DNA of 63,777 bases, filler included, from Lenisia limosa (lineage: Eukaryota > Protista > Breviatea): assembly GCA_001655205.1 (NCBI GenBank). It is 10 parts of 10 records of this genome, joined end to end, with 100 filler letters (N's around TTAATTAATTAA, not from the genome) between each part and the next. Parts side by side here need not be neighbours in the genome. Positions count along the whole stretch, not along the records: positions 40,808 to 63,777 come from LPNZ01004387.1; 9 more parts are not named here. One strand, 5' to 3'. The notes below the pieces were generated by a model. The model worked only from the letters and a program-made list of their open reading frames with translations, had not been told where the DNA came from and did no database searches. The position numbers were made by a program, and so were the translations under genes. Position 1 is the first letter of the stretch. The number at the start of each line of letters is the position of its first letter. Of the stretch, positions 59,810 through 63,777 are shown piece after piece.

Positions 59810-62800
59810 ATGACCGACCTTAGACACATCTTGAATAAAGGTTATAAAGTTAAGGAGGAATAATAATCACGTCAAACCTCGCGTTTCGTTGGCGGGGCGG
59901 GAACGTCGTTTGATGAATTGAAAGGGGCCATAATAAGCCATAATAATATCTTTTACTTGAACCATCCCCATGCAAGCATCTTGATGGGGCAAGATGGGGG
60001 TGTGAAGAGGGCGAAGCTGGCGAAGTCTTCCGAAACTGCCGAAAAAGTGGCGTGTTTGCGCGAGGTGGCGTACTGTGTACATACTACATCTTACCAGGGT
60101 TACGGGCAGGTGAGTAAATAGAGACAACGATAGAGTAATAAAATAATAAAATTATACAACACATCATAGTAGGCGTTAGCGGAAAGAGGAAGATCTATAC
60201 ACAGCCGGAAAACGAGATGATTTGCTGACCCACATTCGACAGTCATGCCCCCGACCTCGCTACTACGTGCTGGTGAGACTAACAACAGCTCTAAGAAGAC
60301 AGACACGCTTGCTCTTCTCTTTACGCCTTAGGTTCGGAGCTACACTTCTCCAACCAGCCCACAGCACTGCTTCTGGTCTATTCGCAATCGTCAGTGGTAA
60401 CCCCCACCGCTTCCCCAGGTATGACCAAATATAAGGGATGCAAATGGTGTTGCTGTGGTGACGTTCGTGTTTGGATGGTGGTGGTCTCTTCGAAACTCAA
60501 AGCGGGCTCAGGGTTGTTTTTGTTTTGAGTAAGATGTCTTGTGTCTTGCTTGTGTGATTGTTTTGTTGTAGGGGATCCTTTTTTTGAGAATGTGAGAGGA
60601 GGGACTATGTGGGGTAACGAGAGAGGTTAAGATATACAGAGACAGGAATAAGTCTTGACCGATTTGCTATGTGATTTCCCAAGGAAAAGACTTATCCCTA
60701 TCGCTGTATTGGAAGGGATGGAGAAATTGAAACGCTCTTGGAGCTGTGGACTTAATTCTGGTTGGATATCACGATATCTTGAATAGTCAATATCAGTTCT
60801 CCTGATAATACCTGTTTCAATAGAATACAACGTAATACATATTATCATATAATGAGAAAGAGGATTATAGTTACCGAATGATGTTGGTCAGTAGGATAAT
60901 TAAACTGCTGTTAAAAATTATTACTTTTATTACACTAATCTAAATTACGTGAGCCACACCGGTAATAAATCTTTTGTCCTTCAAACAAACCAGGTTTTTG
61001 AATGATAGCCTCTTTAATTCCGCCAGGCCCTCCCGTTCCCAATGCCATTGAATCGAAACCCGCAGTACCGTCACAACGACGCACGAGCATTAGCCTCTCG
61101 TCGCCATCATCCATACCCATGCCGGCCTCATGGCTATCGTCCGATGGTGGCGGTGAGTGGATATAATCGGTGGTACGGATATGGCTTTACTTCGGTTCGA
61201 AAAAAAGATAAAACATCGATAGTTTTCGAGGATTTATCGAGAAATTTGGTCTTTTTTCGGACCGAAGTGAAACCCTAAATGATAATTATCGGAATCAATA
61301 GACCTATGTTGTTATTTATTTCCCGCAAAAAACAATGGGTACCCCTCCCCCCGTTCTTTAAAACGTTTTATTTGGTGCAACAGCACTCTTGCTTAAGTGA
61401 ATGCATGGACTCCAAAATGACCCCTTTAGTTACTAGTGACGAAGCAACCTCGCCTGTGTCAACTAGTGAGTCTTGGGGTCTTACAATATCACCAAATCTG
61501 ATACAGTATATGGTATGATATCGTGGTATGTTTTTGTAAATACCTGTATGATTGAATGCTGAATTACTATTATACAATCATCCATAATCTCTTCAAAGCG
61601 TGATGTGGACGGCTTCAACCATTTACAACCTTTTTTTTATCTCATTTATTGAACCTGGGGGGAGGGGAGTTGTAAGGCAAATGGTTGTGAATTAATATTT
61701 TTTTTCTCTTGTAAGGTGATGTTGTGGACGGCTTCGGCCTGATACAAACTTGTTTAATTTCTCTCTATATGATTATTATTACGACGTACCCCCCCACCCT
61801 ACAGACTTTATCCCCTTTCTCCCTCGATGCGATACCCAGACTTGTTTGTTTGTTGTTATCAACCCTCGTGTGTTGTCAGTCAACAGATTGTTTAGTTTTT
61901 CCAATTTTACCCCCCTGTAGTAGTCAGTACATCACCCCAAACTCCCGCCCACCTTAGGGGAGACTCTCCCATATCCACCCCAATCCGCACCCCGAGATCT
62001 GGAACCCCGACCAAATCGGGCACCCCCAAAGGGTCAACATTGACGCCGGCACGGAAGAACCTGGAAAAGCTCCGACAGTCGCGGTGAGGGTTTTGGATTG
62101 TGATTGATTGGTTTGTTAAGTAGAGCTCATATCCACCTCCAATTTCCCTCGTACCCCCCTCCATATCTATATGATATAATCCCCCCAGACTCCAGGGCTC
62201 CCCCCTGCATGAATGGCCCTNNNNNNNNNNNNNNNNNNNNNNNNNNNNNNNNNNNNNNNNNNNNNNNNNNNNNNNNNNNNNNNNNNNNNNNNNNNNNNNN
62301 NNNTCTCTCTTTCCGACAGGTAGGTTGGGGATAGGCTGGGGGAGGGATGTGAGGCTGGGAGGGATGTGAGGAGAGAGAGAGGCACAGAAGCGACATGCTT
62401 GGACTTTGTTTGTTTTGTTATTTTCAACCCTTGTATGCCTGATTTTTCGTTTTGAGTTGGTTGTTGCTCGTGTTTGCTATTGCTTGTTTTTTTGTTTTTT
62501 GTTTGCTTGGAGTTTCAGATTATTCGGTTCGTGATTAGTACTACCTTTAAGCCAATATNNNNNNNNNNNNNNNNNNNNNNNNNNNNNNNNNNNNNNNNNN
62601 NNNNNNNNNNNNNNNNNNNNNNNNNNNNNNNNNNNNNNNNNNNNNNNNNNNNNNNNNNNNNNNNNNNNNNNNNNNNNNNNNNNNNNNNNNNNNNNNNNNN
62701 NNNNNNNNNTCGAAGACATTGAAGATACCCCAGAAGATTTCTCAAGTATTTTGGCTGGGCTTTGGTTAACAATCTCCACGGTTGCCTTGCAGTTGCCCGA

Positions 62801-63600
62801 TTTGGAAGTTACCCTATTTAGTTACTTCGTCGGACACGGCGTCTCCCTTCTCTCCCCCATCCTACATTCCGCCTGCCCACGAATCCCCAGCCTCCAGCGA
62901 AACCCGAATCAGTCTAACTGAGCTTTATCGGTATGGGGTGTGGGGGTGTGAAGAGACTAGGACTTGTGAAATTGATTTATTGAAGAAGGAATCAAAGCCA
63001 ACTCATTATATGGCACCCCTTGTTCTTCCTTTCTAATGGTTTAGAAGATAAATTTGAAAATAAGAAAGGGTTACAATATGTTCAAAATCCACAATTTATT
63101 TCTTAATTACTTGCACGGAATCCTAGAAGATATTGGAATAGGATTTCCTGAGAGGCGTGAAATCAAAAGCTGTAATTGTGTCAATAATAACAATCCAATA
63201 CTAATGTTAGTATTAGCAGTAATGGGTAATACTATTACGTCACGGTGCAATTAATTTTTTGAGGAAATTAATTGACAAAATTTGAAATTAAAGTGTCTGA
63301 AATGAAGTTTACATTGCAATATGTCTCATTTCAAATATTATTATTATTTCAATTAATTGCACGAAGCATAATACTCATACTATACTAGCTATTCACATCA
63401 CAATCTCAATAACACTTATCTACGAACATATGAAAATTAACATCAATAACATAAATAACATTTCAGCTGTATCCCTGCCGCCCCAGCCCATGATGATGAT
63501 GAATCTGACCAAAGTCCCTTTGCACAGACCATGAAATCTGACGGGACCGTCCCTGATTATTCGAATGAAATTGAAGGCGAAGAACCTGAACGTTTGGAAG
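59810..63600 (+). CDS. Multi-exon unknown protein with an S/T/P-rich disordered C-terminal region; probably continues beyond the window
   Basis: MTDLRHILNK|..ILMGQDGGVKRAKLAKSSETAEKVACLREVAYCVHTTSYQGYGQ|SCPRPRYYVL.., GPPVPNAIESKPAV.., GDSPISTPIRTPRSGTPTKSGTPK.., DTASPFSPPSYIPP.., HDDDESDQSPFAQTMKSDG. Confidence 0.5.
60637..60706. mobile_element. MITE family 2 copy
   Basis: ta|cagagacaggaataagtcttgacc ... aagacttatccctatcgctg|ta. Confidence 0.7.
61180..61277. mobile_element. MITE family 1 copy
   Basis: tatggctttacttcggttcgaaaaaagat ... gtcttttttcggaccgaagtgaaacccta (~29-bp imperfect TIR). Confidence 0.8.
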
Positions 63601-63777
63601 GGATATGATCGTCGCGTTCTAATATTCTTTTGATTCACATCATTTTCATGCAATATACATACATATCATTCTTTATTATACATATAATAGCTATACATGA
63701 ATGCTGGGGAGGCACGCAGAAAGCTGTGTGCACGGCAAATGATTGGGTGAATTAATATTATACTATAATCCAATATC

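Noticed and set aside
60660-60710. Apparent exon EKTYPYRCIG..
   Set aside because: It overlaps the right TIR of the family 2 MITE at 60637-60706.

Overview
Draft-assembly window from an intron-rich, AT-rich eukaryote, probably a flagellated protist since it carries a dynein heavy chain fragment; I cannot name the species from sequence alone. It is a scaffold of about ten contigs joined by artificial N44-TTAATTAATTAA-N44 linkers, with many further N gaps. The ORF track is therefore mostly misleading, and I rebuilt genes by eye from GT-AG exons, so gene ends are approximate. Recognisable genes: protein-L-isoaspartate O-methyltransferase, an SLC13/DASS anion:sodium symporter, a PP2C phosphatase, RRM protein(s), an ankyrin-repeat protein fragment, a dynein heavy chain fragment, two class III nucleotidyl cyclase-like genes with degenerate catalytic residues, and a large secreted EGF-repeat protein ending in CxxCxGxG repeats. 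Several unknown genes are also present. The most unusual signals are non-coding: (1) long introns start with G-runs just after GT and end with C-runs just before AG; (2) splice sites, often with the adjacent exon end, are repeatedly duplicated just inside introns; (3) a dispersed two-hairpin intronic element with a cUUCGg tetraloop and a CTTGTTTT end lies sense to its host gene in every copy found; (4) two MITE families occur, and one copy has duplicated a 5' splice site as its target site. No prokaryotic system, CRISPR array, rRNA or tRNA was found.
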